Assembly (NCBI GenBank): GCA_017470165.1
Contig: JAFUEX010000014.1
Coordinates: forward strand, 1,076 to 65,075
DNA: 64,000 bases
Source of the DNA: Alphaproteobacteria bacterium
GTDB lineage: Bacteria; Pseudomonadota; Alphaproteobacteria; RF32; CAG-239
Reading direction: 5' to 3'
The first letter of the stretch is position 1, and every line of letters begins with the position of its first letter. A program made the translations under genes and the position numbers. The notes under the pieces are model-generated. The model worked only from the letters and a program-made list of their open reading frames with translations. It was not told the origin of the DNA and made no database searches. Below are positions 19,685 through 29,700 of this stretch, piece after piece.

Positions 19685-19873
19685 AACTTTATGTATTTAA
19701 TTAATTAATAATATTTTCTCGGATGGTGAGGCTAGCAAAAATTACACAGCTTGTCAATCGATATCAGACAATATTCGCTCAAATGGTAACAATTTAAGTA
19801 ATATGGCTTGCTTTTCAAACGGTTTGGGATATACTCTTATCAGATGCAGTTTTAACTTTATAAAGAGACGTGA

Positions 19874-21637
19874 ATGAGGCTTCCCAAGTTTGTTAAAGAA
19901 AATCAGTTTGTTGCGCACTATCGCAAAATTTTGCCTTTTGTTAAGCCTTATTGGGTGCGGGCACTAATAGCCGTGTGCATTACTATTCCGATTGGGGCGA
20001 TGGATGCGGTGATTGCTTGGTCGCTCAAGCCTTATATGGATGTGGTGATGTTTGAGCAGCGTGCCTCATCATTGGAGATGTCGCTGATACCTTTGCTGAT
20101 TATTGCTTTCAGCTCGTGCCAAAGTTTGATGAACTATGTCGCAACCTATTTGAACACTTGGGTGGGGCAAAAGATAACTCAAGACGTGAAAATCCGCTTG
20201 TTTGACAAGTTGTTGCACTATAATGCGGCGTTTTTTGATACCAAAAATTCCGGTGATATTCTCTATCGCTTTAACAAAGACGCAGATTCGGCCTGCGGCG
20301 GGTTGTTGTCGAATATGAAACTTTTTACAACGCGGTTGTTTTCGTCATTGGCGCTTATCGGGGTGTTGTTTTATAATTCGTGGCAATTGGCAATTGTGGC
20401 AGTGATTGTGCTGCTGGGGGCGCTTTATCCGCTGACCACGGTCCGCAAAAAAATTAAGTCGATTATGGACAAGACAGTGTTTTCCGGTTCGGCGGTAATC
20501 ACGCATTATAACGAAGCATTTAACGGCAATCGGGTGGTGACCTCCTATAATCTGTATGATTATTTGAACTTCCGCTTTAAGGAAACCCTGCGCTCGGTGT
20601 TCAAACTGGGGATGAAAATGGTGCAACGCACGGGGATGATGTCGCCGATGATGCATTTTATTGTATCGCTGGGAATCGCCGCGGTTATTTGGCTGGGAAG
20701 CTATCTGATTGTCACTAAGCAGATTACGCCGGGAAATTTTGTGTCGTTTATTACCGCGCTGATTATGCTTTATAATCCGATTAAGTCTATCGGCAACAAT
20801 TTTAACTCGGTGCAGATGTCGTTTTTGGCGATGGACCGGATGTTCAAAATATTGGAGAGTGTGCCGAATATTCATAATCGCGACCATGCCAAGCCGCTCA
20901 AAAAAGTGAAAGATTTTATTGAATATAAAGACGTATGTTTTGAATATATCGAAGGCAGGCCGGTGTTGAAGAACATCAACCTGAAGATAAAATGCGGACA
21001 AACTATTGCCTTTGTTGGAAATTCCGGCGGCGGTAAAACCACTTTGGTGAACCTGTTGCCGCGTTTTTATGACATTACATCCGGAAGTATTACCATTGAC
21101 GGGCAGGATGTGCGCGATTTTGAGCTCAACTCTCTTCGCGCGCAAATAGCAATTGTATTTCAGGACAATTTTTTGTTTTCCGGCACCATCCGAGAAAACA
21201 TCCTGTTGGGCCGCGACGATGTCAGCCCCAAACAAATCAATGCGGCGATTAAAGCTGCGTGTTTGGAGGAGTTTATTGCCGGATTAGAGCTGGGACTTGA
21301 TACCCAAATCGGCGAACGCGGCGTGCTGCTCTCGGGCGGGCAAAAACAGCGTATTGCCATTGCCCGCGCCTTTATCAAAAATGCGCCGATTGTCATTTTG
21401 GACGAGGCTACTTCGGCACTCGACAACAAGTCGGAGGCTGTGGTGCAGCAGGCTATTGATAATCTGATGAAAGACCGCACGGTGTTTATTATTGCCCATC
21501 GGCTGTCAACCGTGAAAAATGCCGACAAAATCGTGGTGGTGAATTATGGCGAGATTGTGGAAAGCGGTACTCACGACCAATTGTTGAAAAAAGAAAATTC
21601 CATTTACGGCTCGCTCTACAAAACACAATTAAAATAA
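19874..21637 (+). CDS. msbA: MsbA-like ABC exporter, paralog 2
   Basis: Same architecture and motifs as 1605-3365 (GNSGGGKTT, LSGGQKQR, ILDEATSALD). Confidence 0.8.
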   Translation: MRLPKFVKENQFVAHYRKILPFVKPYWVRALIAVCITIPIGAMDAVIAWSLKPYMDVVMFEQRASSLEMSLIPLLIIAFSSCQSLMNYVATYLNTWVGQKITQDVKIRLFDKLLHYNAAFFDTKNSGDILYRFNKDADSACGGLLSNMKLFTTRLFSSLALIGVLFYNSWQLAIVAVIVLLGALYPLTTVRKKIKSIMDKTVFSGSAVITHYNEAFNGNRVVTSYNLYDYLNFRFKETLRSVFKLGMKMVQRTGMMSPMMHFIVSLGIAAVIWLGSYLIVTKQITPGNFVSFITALIMLYNPIKSIGNNFNSVQMSFLAMDRMFKILESVPNIHNRDHAKPLKKVKDFIEYKDVCFEYIEGRPVLKNINLKIKCGQTIAFVGNSGGGKTTLVNLLPRFYDITSGSITIDGQDVRDFELNSLRAQIAIVFQDNFLFSGTIRENILLGRDDVSPKQINAAIKAACLEEFIAGLELGLDTQIGERGVLLSGGQKQRIAIARAFIKNAPIVILDEATSALDNKSEAVVQQAIDNLMKDRTVFIIAHRLSTVKNADKIVVVNYGEIVESGTHDQLLKKENSIYGSLYKTQLK

Positions 21638-21643
21638 ATTTGC

Positions 21644-21672
21644 TTGACATCGGATGGTTTTGCGACTAGCCT
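21644..21672 (+). promoter_or_regulatory. Sigma70-type promoter of metK
   Basis: TTGACA-17 bp-TAGCCT. Confidence 0.65.
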
Positions 21673-21726
21673 GCCGTGAGTAAGACGCTTGAGATGCTGC
21701 CGAAATGGCGGCTCAATTCGGCGCCG

Positions 21727-21773
21727 TGTGGATTTAACCTGAATTGTCCCGCAACAGAGGACTAAATAAGGAG
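21727..21773 (+). ncRNA. SAM-II/SAM-V-like riboswitch (translational, occludes SD)
   Basis: P1 TGTGG/CCGCA, loop ATTTAACCTGAATTG, pseudoknot GTCC/GGAC and CCT/AGG, ending CTAAATAAGGAG directly upstream of metK. Confidence 0.75.
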
Positions 21774-21781
21774 ATTTTGCT

Positions 21782-22807
21782 ATGCAGAAAACTGCGGAAT
21801 TTGTGTCATTGGGACACCCTGATAAAACAGCCGATTATATTTCCAGCTATATTTTGGATAGGGCTCTTGAACAAGACCCGAATGTGCGTTATGCCGTGGA
21901 GGTGATGCTGAAAGGCAACACGGCGGTGTTGGGCGGTGAGGTAAGCGGTCAAGTTGATTTGAGCAATTTGCGAGAATATGTTATCCGAGCGTTGGCAGAT
22001 ATCGGCTACACGCAGCAATATGCCGCAACTTGGGGCGAGTGTGCGATTGAACCGGACAAAATCAAAGTAATTGACCTTATCGGCCTCCAATCGGCCGAGA
22101 TTGCCCAAGGGATAGAACACAACGGCTGGGGTGACCAAGGGGTTTTTGTCGGCTATGCCTGCCAAGGTGAAGGGCTTATCGGACGCGAATTGTTTTTGGC
22201 CAGGCAGCTTAACAATACGCTTTATCAGATGGCTTTGCAAGATGATAATTTCGGACTGGATATCAAAACTCAGGTAACTTTGGAAGATGACGGACAAACA
22301 GGCTTGGTAATTGCCGCGGTGCCGATGCGGCAAAAAGCCGACCTGAGGAGGATGATTGCCGATATTGTCGGAGCTGATGAGCAAAAAGTGATTGTCAACG
22401 GCACCGGATGCTACACCCACCACTCGGCAGTGGCCGACTGCGGAATTACCGGCCGCAAATTGGCGGTTGATTTTTATTCTACGGCCTGTCCCATCGGCGG
22501 CGGCAGCCCGTGGACCAAAGATGCGTCCAAGGCGGATGTTACGCTCAATATTTATGCCCGCAAGCTGGCGGCGGACAATCTGGCGGATAATGACGAATGC
22601 TTTGTATATCTTTCATCTTGTATCGGGCGCTGCGAGTTGCCGAGTGCCGTAATAAAATGCATTAAAGGCGGGCGCATCAGTCACAAACGCTTAAGTATAA
22701 GGCAATCTCCGCGGGAGCTGATTGCGGATTTGGGATTGGACAAGCCGGTATTTGCGCAAATTTGCCGCGAAGGCATCAGTGAATTTGCTCTAAGAGCCGG
22801 CAAATAA
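21782..22807 (+). CDS. metK: S-adenosylmethionine synthetase (short, divergent)
   Basis: EFVSLGHPDK, QSAEI, GWGDQG, DIKTQVT, DCGITGRK, GGGSPWTKDASKAD. Confidence 0.85.
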   Translation: MQKTAEFVSLGHPDKTADYISSYILDRALEQDPNVRYAVEVMLKGNTAVLGGEVSGQVDLSNLREYVIRALADIGYTQQYAATWGECAIEPDKIKVIDLIGLQSAEIAQGIEHNGWGDQGVFVGYACQGEGLIGRELFLARQLNNTLYQMALQDDNFGLDIKTQVTLEDDGQTGLVIAAVPMRQKADLRRMIADIVGADEQKVIVNGTGCYTHHSAVADCGITGRKLAVDFYSTACPIGGGSPWTKDASKADVTLNIYARKLAADNLADNDECFVYLSSCIGRCELPSAVIKCIKGGRISHKRLSIRQSPRELIADLGLDKPVFAQICREGISEFALRAGK

Positions 22808-23462
22808 CCTCAAGCGATTTTATTGGTGATTGCTGCCAAAAATCTTCGTATTGCTGATAGTGGTTGCTTATTCCCGGAGTATCGCTGATGATGCGCAGCG
22901 CCAAGAACGAAGTTTGGTGAAGGTAGCAAGTTTGCGCTATGGCTGCAGATTCCATATCAACCGCCAAAGCATCGGGAAACATCGACTTGAGCGAGGCAAC
23001 TTCTTGGGCAGAGGAGATAAACATATCGCCGCTGATGATGCGGCCGACGCTGATTTTGACGTCCGAACGGATATTTTTGAGGGCGCGCAACAGCTTGGCA
23101 TCGCCGCAAAATTCGGCCGGTAAACCTTGAACTTGGCCATAAGCATTGCCCTGCCCGCACCAAACATCGTGATAAGAAACTTGGGCACCGGCAACGACAT
23201 CCATAACGCTGAGCGACGGATTGAGCCCGCCGGCGATACCGGTGTTGATAATAACCTCGGGGGCAAAACGCTCGATAAGTTCAGCGGCGCCCAAGGCGGC
23301 ATTTACTTTGCCGATACCGCACAAAGACAGCACTGCGGACTGACCGTTGAATTCACCGGTGATAAATTTGCGCGTCGAGGAAGAAGCCGCGCGCGGATTG
23401 TCCAAACGCGCGGAAAACAGCTCGAACTCACGCTCCATCGCCACAATCAGACCGATAGTCAT
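22776..23462 (-). CDS. mtnN: 5'-methylthioadenosine/S-adenosylhomocysteine nucleosidase
   Basis: IGLIVAMERE, GIGKVNAA, IINTGIAGG, SGDMFI, AVDMESAAIAQ, LRIISD. Confidence 0.95.
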   Translation of the reverse strand: MTIGLIVAMEREFELFSARLDNPRAASSSTRKFITGEFNGQSAVLSLCGIGKVNAALGAAELIERFAPEVIINTGIAGGLNPSLSVMDVVAGAQVSYHDVWCGQGNAYGQVQGLPAEFCGDAKLLRALKNIRSDVKISVGRIISGDMFISSAQEVASLKSMFPDALAVDMESAAIAQTCYLHQTSFLALRIISDTPGISNHYQQYEDFWQQSPIKSLEVICRLLEQIH

Positions 23463-23590
23463 AGCAATCACCTTATAAATAATTAAAAAAAACAAGTCTA
23501 TATGGTGAAGAATTTACACTTGCGCGCGGCAAAAAGCAACCGCTTTTTGAAAAGGTGTGCTTTTTTCTCGTCCGATAATATTTCCTTTAT

Positions 23591-23790
23591 GACGATGAGA
23601 CCCCTTACTCGCCGTTCTGCGAACGGCTCGGGGGTGACATAAAGAGGAGAAGCCGCTTTGGCGTGACATAAAAGAGGAGTGCCTCAGCTAAGACAGTAGA
23701 GAGGTAAGCGGTGACAGCGTAGGGAATAGCACAGAAAAAAGATGGGGCTCTTCGTTAAGAGAGACAGGATAAAAAGATGACAGAATGAAA
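23591..23790. repeat. REP-like palindrome plus purine-rich GTGACA-unit tail
   Basis: GACGATGAGACCCCTTACTCGCCG-TTCTGCGAA-CGGCTCGGGGGTGACAT is nearly identical to 14763-14803; followed by GTGACA/AAGACA/GAGACA/ATGACA units. Confidence 0.8.
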
Positions 23791-23794
23791 ATTG

Positions 23795-26700
23795 TTAATC
23801 ATATTCCCATTCCATATTAGTAATACCGCTGCCATCAATTGACCATTCAAGGTGATTCCAATGAGCCTTGACGTATTGATCACCATAGCAATCGGCCTTG
23901 TCATCATCGCTCATACTCCAAGCATTGTGGCTTATCCAATCTGCAGTGAACATACATTGGGGTAGTGCACCTTCGGTTTGCGATGGATGTTTATTTACAC
24001 CTTCTCCCTGAGGGGTGCAAGAGGGATAATAATGTCCATCGGATTTGTAAACGCGGCTGGATAATATCCAAGGCGTGCTTGTGTCACTATTCATCGAAGA
24101 AGTTATACGTTCCCAAGCCGGTACATATCTTACTTTCGGAACGTTTGTACTAGCAGTTGGTGTACAAGAACCATCTCGGTAAAATATTTTCAGTTCTCCA
24201 TCGTTTAAAAAGTATCTTCCCCCGCTTTTAAACATAACATACGCTGTCGTGCCCGTCCCACTGTCGGCACAATTCCCAGAATTATAGCTATAATCTGACA
24301 TATCCGGCATACCATCTCTATACCGTAGATCGGTTGTGGACGTATTTGGCGCTGTACAATTGTTACTATCAGTTAAATAACAAAGAGTTTCATTGTTACT
24401 CTGATAATCTATATTATCGTCGTTTAATATCACATTTACTTGCTGAGCATCAAGACTTTTTTCTCCTGAGCCGTCATTATAACGGCATGTGCTCCCATTG
24501 CCGGTGGTGCAGATCAGAGAATATACCACTTTAGCGGTTTGTTTGGTGCAAGTGCTCCAATAGGGGTTAGCACTATAGTTGTTGCCATGATTACCACCCC
24601 AAATTCCTTTGGAGCTGTGAGCAGTATCTGTTGCCCCCAAACCGCTACAACTGCTTCTAAACCAAGGCGGACACTCACATCCGTTAGGATAGTAGTCTTC
24701 GTTGTCCAATGGGCAATTTATCGGAGTCCCTAAACCTCTAGCAGGAGGATCGCATTTGTAACCGGAGCAAGCGATAGAGCTGGAGAGGTTATTAGAAGCG
24801 GAGTTACGGCGATCGACGCAGGTAAGACCGGTAAGGTTGTAGGTAGAAGAGACTTCTTGATAGTAGTTTTCGAAAGCGGCGACGGTTGAGCTTTGAGTGT
24901 ACCATTTACCATTAGGCGATAGGTTTGGGTCGCATTTACAGGTAGAGAAGAAGGTTTTAGTACTAGAGATATTGGCGACATAACTACCGGAGGAGTCTTG
25001 TGTATAATCGGTTTCGATAGAAGTGCAGACAGGGGAGGAGGAATCGCCGATGGTGTTGTCGAAGTAGGAACAATCGGAAAAGGAAGAGGAGCAAACACAA
25101 GCGGAGTAAAGGGTGGAGCCGCCCATAGAAGAGGTGTTGGGAGACTGTTCGTTAATCCAAGAGCCGCCGGAGAAACAAACGCCATCACCGGATGGGGATT
25201 GACCATTACCGGTACAGGTTTGGAAATTGGGCGGACAAGAGCAGTTTTGATAAAGTTTTTTCTGATCACCTAAGAGGCAATAATTGGAATCAGCATCGGC
25301 CGGCGGATTAAGGACAGTGTAAGTACCGGTGTGGGAGCAAGGGGTAACGTAAGAGGCATTATTGCACTTACATTTTTTGAAGAAGGCGGATGCGGGATCG
25401 GTAGAGAGTGAAGCAGAAATATCATTACCGGAGGCATCGAAGAAAGAGAAAGCAGGAGAGGTGTTGCAAGAGCCGGAAGAGGAATCGCCGATGGCATTGT
25501 GATATAAGAGATTGCCATCCTCATCGGTTTGGGAGTTATCGCAAGAATAAGAGAAGGATGCCTCGCAGCCGCAGGCTTTGTAGTAATTGATGCCGCCTGG
25601 GGTTGAGAAATGGCCGAGATAGATGGAGGCGGACTGGTTGGGATAGAGGATTTGAGTGGTACCGTATTGGTCGGTGATGATGGAGATGGGAGAAGAGGAG
25701 TTATTTTTGACGGTTTGGTAATCTAGACCGACCTGCCCTGAGGCGTTACAGAGTTTGGTATACCCCGCCGCTTGTACACATTGCTTGTAAAGTTTGGTGG
25801 TATTGAGGCCGTTTTGACAATAGTCGTTGACATCGTCGGGAACATAGGCGGGGCCTTTGGAGGCACAATCTTGAGTGTATTCATCCTGACATTTGCAGGA
25901 GGAATAGTAGGTGACCGGAGTTGTGGTGGCGGATGCGCCGCTGGCAGCTGCGGGGGTTGTGACCTCGGTAGAACAGGATAATCCTGAGCCGACTACGTTT
26001 TTGTAGATGTAGGAGGTGGCGTCACTCGGGTCGGTCTCGTCCTCGCAAGTGAGGTTGTAATTGGCTTTGCAAGAGCAGGATTTGTAATAAGTCTCACCCG
26101 AAGAGGTGACACAATAGTCAGCATAGGAGGTTACAGGAGCCGGTGTTTCGGCATCGCTGTTGCACAGGCTGGTATAAACCGAAGTGTCGCAAGAGCAAAG
26201 CGGCCACCATTGCGGGTCTAAGGTCGGCTGAACCGATGCAGGGGCAGTTGAGGCCTCAGGGTGAGTGTCATCACCAAGAAAATCAGTGTCGGCGGGGTCG
26301 CAAGGAATGCCCTGCCCGACCGAATTGTGACCGCAGCGCTGATAGCCGGTAGCGCCGCATTTGCACTGAGTGTAGTACTTGGCATCGCTCTCGCTGATTT
26401 GGCAATAGTCATCCTCGCTGACCGGCAACATTCCAGGGGCAGCGCAGGTGTTGTTATACTCAGTCTCGCAGTTGCAATACTGCCAATAGGTTTTGGAGTC
26501 AATCTCCGAGAGGCAGGAGGCGCCGCTGCCCACCGCATTGTGATCGGAGCAGACTGTATAGGTAGCGGGGCAAGTGCAGCGCTGATAAATGGTCATTCCG
26601 GCGGTATAGGCCACGCTGTCGACATCTTGTGTGCCAATCAGCGAGCTGCCGCTGGGGATGAGACATTTGAGATAATTGTCGCCGACATAGCCGATGCGGT

Positions 26701-29700
26701 TGCCGGTGGTGCAGGCTTTGTATGCCGCCGGACAAGAACACTGCGAATATAAGGTTATGCCGGACGAGGTTTTGCAACTGGTGGCATTGGGGTCGGGGAT
26801 TTGCCCCTCGTCACCGCACTGCTCATAGCTGTCGGGACATGAGCAATATTCCCAAACCGTGTGGCCGCTTAAGGTGCTGTCAATGCTGTCATAAATGCAG
26901 CTGCCGCCGGCGGTGTCGCCGGTAGCGGGAGACGAACAGGTTACATATTCCGAAGGGCAAGTGCAATCTTTGTAATATTTGGTGCCGTCTTCCTCAAGCT
27001 GGCAATAGTCATCGTCACTGTCGCCGACGCCGCTTTGGTTGGCGCCGGAGCAGGTGCGGTTGTACTCAGACTTGCAATGACAGGCGGTGAAACGGACAAA
27101 GTCGCCATTGGAATCCTGACAGCCCTCAGCGGCATAGCCGGTTTGACCGACGGCGTCACAAGTGTACTGATATTCTGCCGTGCACGAGATGGCATCCGAA
27201 CACTCGTAAATCTTTTGGCCGCAACCGTCGTCACGCCAAACGCCGGTCGGCTCATAGCCATCGGGGCAGCCGAAATAACTGTCTGCCCAATGCTCGGGCA
27301 GCGGGTCGGGTGTGCAGATGCAGGACTGATATTTTCCGTTGCAGGCCTCGCCGTCGCCGGTTTCGCGCTCGCCGGTGCAGGATTTGTTGTACGACGGGTC
27401 GCACGAGCAATAAGGATAGAGGTCTATCGAAGTAATGGTGATGTCGCCAGCGGCATCGGTGGGCAAATTCTCGCTCAGCCACTTGGATTTGAGGTAGGGC
27501 GAAGAGTTGACATTGCTGAGGTCTTGTTTGCAGGCGCCGCCGGCCAATATGCCGCCGGAACAATTGTAATAATGATGAGAATAGGCCTGCGGACAAGCGC
27601 ACTCGGCCCAACGTTTCTGCCCCTTGTAGAGGACATAATCGCCGCTCAAATCGTGGCGAACCGCGCAGGCAATGGCGCCATTCTTGGAGGTGGTGGCATA
27701 TTTGAACTCGTCCAAATCATAAAAACAGTTGTAGCTCGGATGATTGGACTGTGCGGCCGAACTACCGGCAGCCGGGAGACACAACTGCACCGAGGCGGCT
27801 TTGCCATAGGTCGAATAGCAGGCATTGGGCGTGTCAACAGTGTAAATCTTGAAACTATCTGACGGGGTGCGCATAACCTCGGCGCCGGTGTAGTCGATGG
27901 TGTAGACCGACTGGCCGCAGATGCCGCTTTGCGATGCAGCTTTGCAATGTTTGAGCGGGGCATTGTTGTTGGCCTCGTAACGCATGGTGACCGACGAATT
28001 GCGCCCGTAGACACACCAAGAAGTCGCCGCATTGGACGATGGTGAGCAGACGTTTTGATAAACATCCGAATCGCAAGTTATCAACCATTTTATTGTGGCG
28101 GCAGTGTCGTCAGTGCCGAGATAATTGCACTGCGAAATCTCTACGCCGGAGCCGTATTTGCCCTTAAGATAGGCGGCGGTGATGCCGTTGTAATTCTCCA
28201 AAGCGACGGTTTGGCTTTCGGGCGGGCAAACATTGGCGGCCTCACCATCAGAATCGGTGGTGATGAGAGCATAAGTTTTGAATTTGGGACCGTTGGCGTC
28301 GTTATCGGCACTGCACGAGCCGTCATCGGCCACACCGGCATAATGGTCGTAGTCGCAGTCGGTGGTGATGCCGTTGGTGGCGCACCACTGCGCCAAGGTG
28401 ACATAATCACTTTGGCAGATGCAGGCCGAACAATATTTGTCGCCGGCACAAGTATACTCGCCGGTGGCGCCGGAACAGGTGGCATTGTCAGCTAAACAGA
28501 CTGTCTCCGAAGTGACGGATGCTTTATTGCCGCAAACCGCAAAATAACGCGTGGCATAAACGGAATTGTCATAACATTTTTCTACCCCGAGAAGCGCATT
28601 CGAATCGGCGGCAGCATAGGTGGTCTGCAACGGCGAGATGTAGTAATATACGTTGTCATAGCCCTCGTAGCGATCGCGCAGATAATCACAATCATAAATA
28701 AAATGGAACCCCTGACAATACGGTCTTATCTCGTTGCCCTCCGGCACACTCGGGTCGTTGTAGGGCAATGAAGAGGACGAACAATTGATGGCACACTCTT
28801 CCACAGCGAGGTAAGGATTGCTATAGTTGCGCAGATAATGAGGCATATAGTTATAGTAGCGCGAGAGCAGATAATCGGCACAGCCTTTCTCGTCATAAGA
28901 AGTTCCGGCGCACAAATCTTCGTTATGCGCACTCAAGGCTGAATAAGTGCGCGAGGTGGTGTGCGCACTGCCGGTGTAGATGCCGCTGTCCCAAAGGCTG
29001 GGTGCCGACGAACAACTGCTCAAATAGCTGAGTTTATCCTCGTACTCCTGCTGACTGACACCCTGTGCATCATAAACGCAAGCGGTGATGTAGGTCTCTT
29101 TGGCCGGTGTGCCTTGACCGGGGCGGATACAATTGATGCCGTTGGTTCCGCCGACAATTTCCAAACCGGTGCTTGAGACAGCACAATGCATTGAAGGAAA
29201 TGCTTTGGAGTAATAATTGGTGGTAAGTGCATAATAAAAAGACGCCGGAGATGAGTTGTTTAACATAATCGGGCAATAGTAAACCGGAATTTGGGGATAA
29301 AACCAGTTGTCACTACCGGCAACAAATCCGGGGGCCATCTGAGTCCCTCCGACAACCGCATATCCTTTGGCGCGGGCATAGCCGAGAAAATTAAAGGAAG
29401 AATGATAAGGAAACACATCGCCGTCGCAAAGCTCAATATCCTCGGGAGCCGACATTTGATTGCAGGCGCAAGTGAAACTGTTGGCGCCCATTGAGGTGCT
29501 GCCGGTAGAAGAATAAACACAATCAACCGGTGAATTATCGCAGTTAACATAACCGTAGTTGAGCGCACAATCATAAGGCGAGGAGGCGGCACCTGCGTAA
29601 TAAGGGCCGGAGAGAGGAACGGGAGTGGCAAGCTCCGATAAATCAAGTTCGTCTTGCGTGTTGTCGGACGCTGCAGCCTGCACGGCATAGCGCGTATTAT

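Noticed and set aside
23795-24730. Diversity-generating retroelement target at the 3' end of the Cys-rich gene
   Set aside because: No reverse transcriptase and no template-repeat/variable-repeat pair differing at adenines seen in this window
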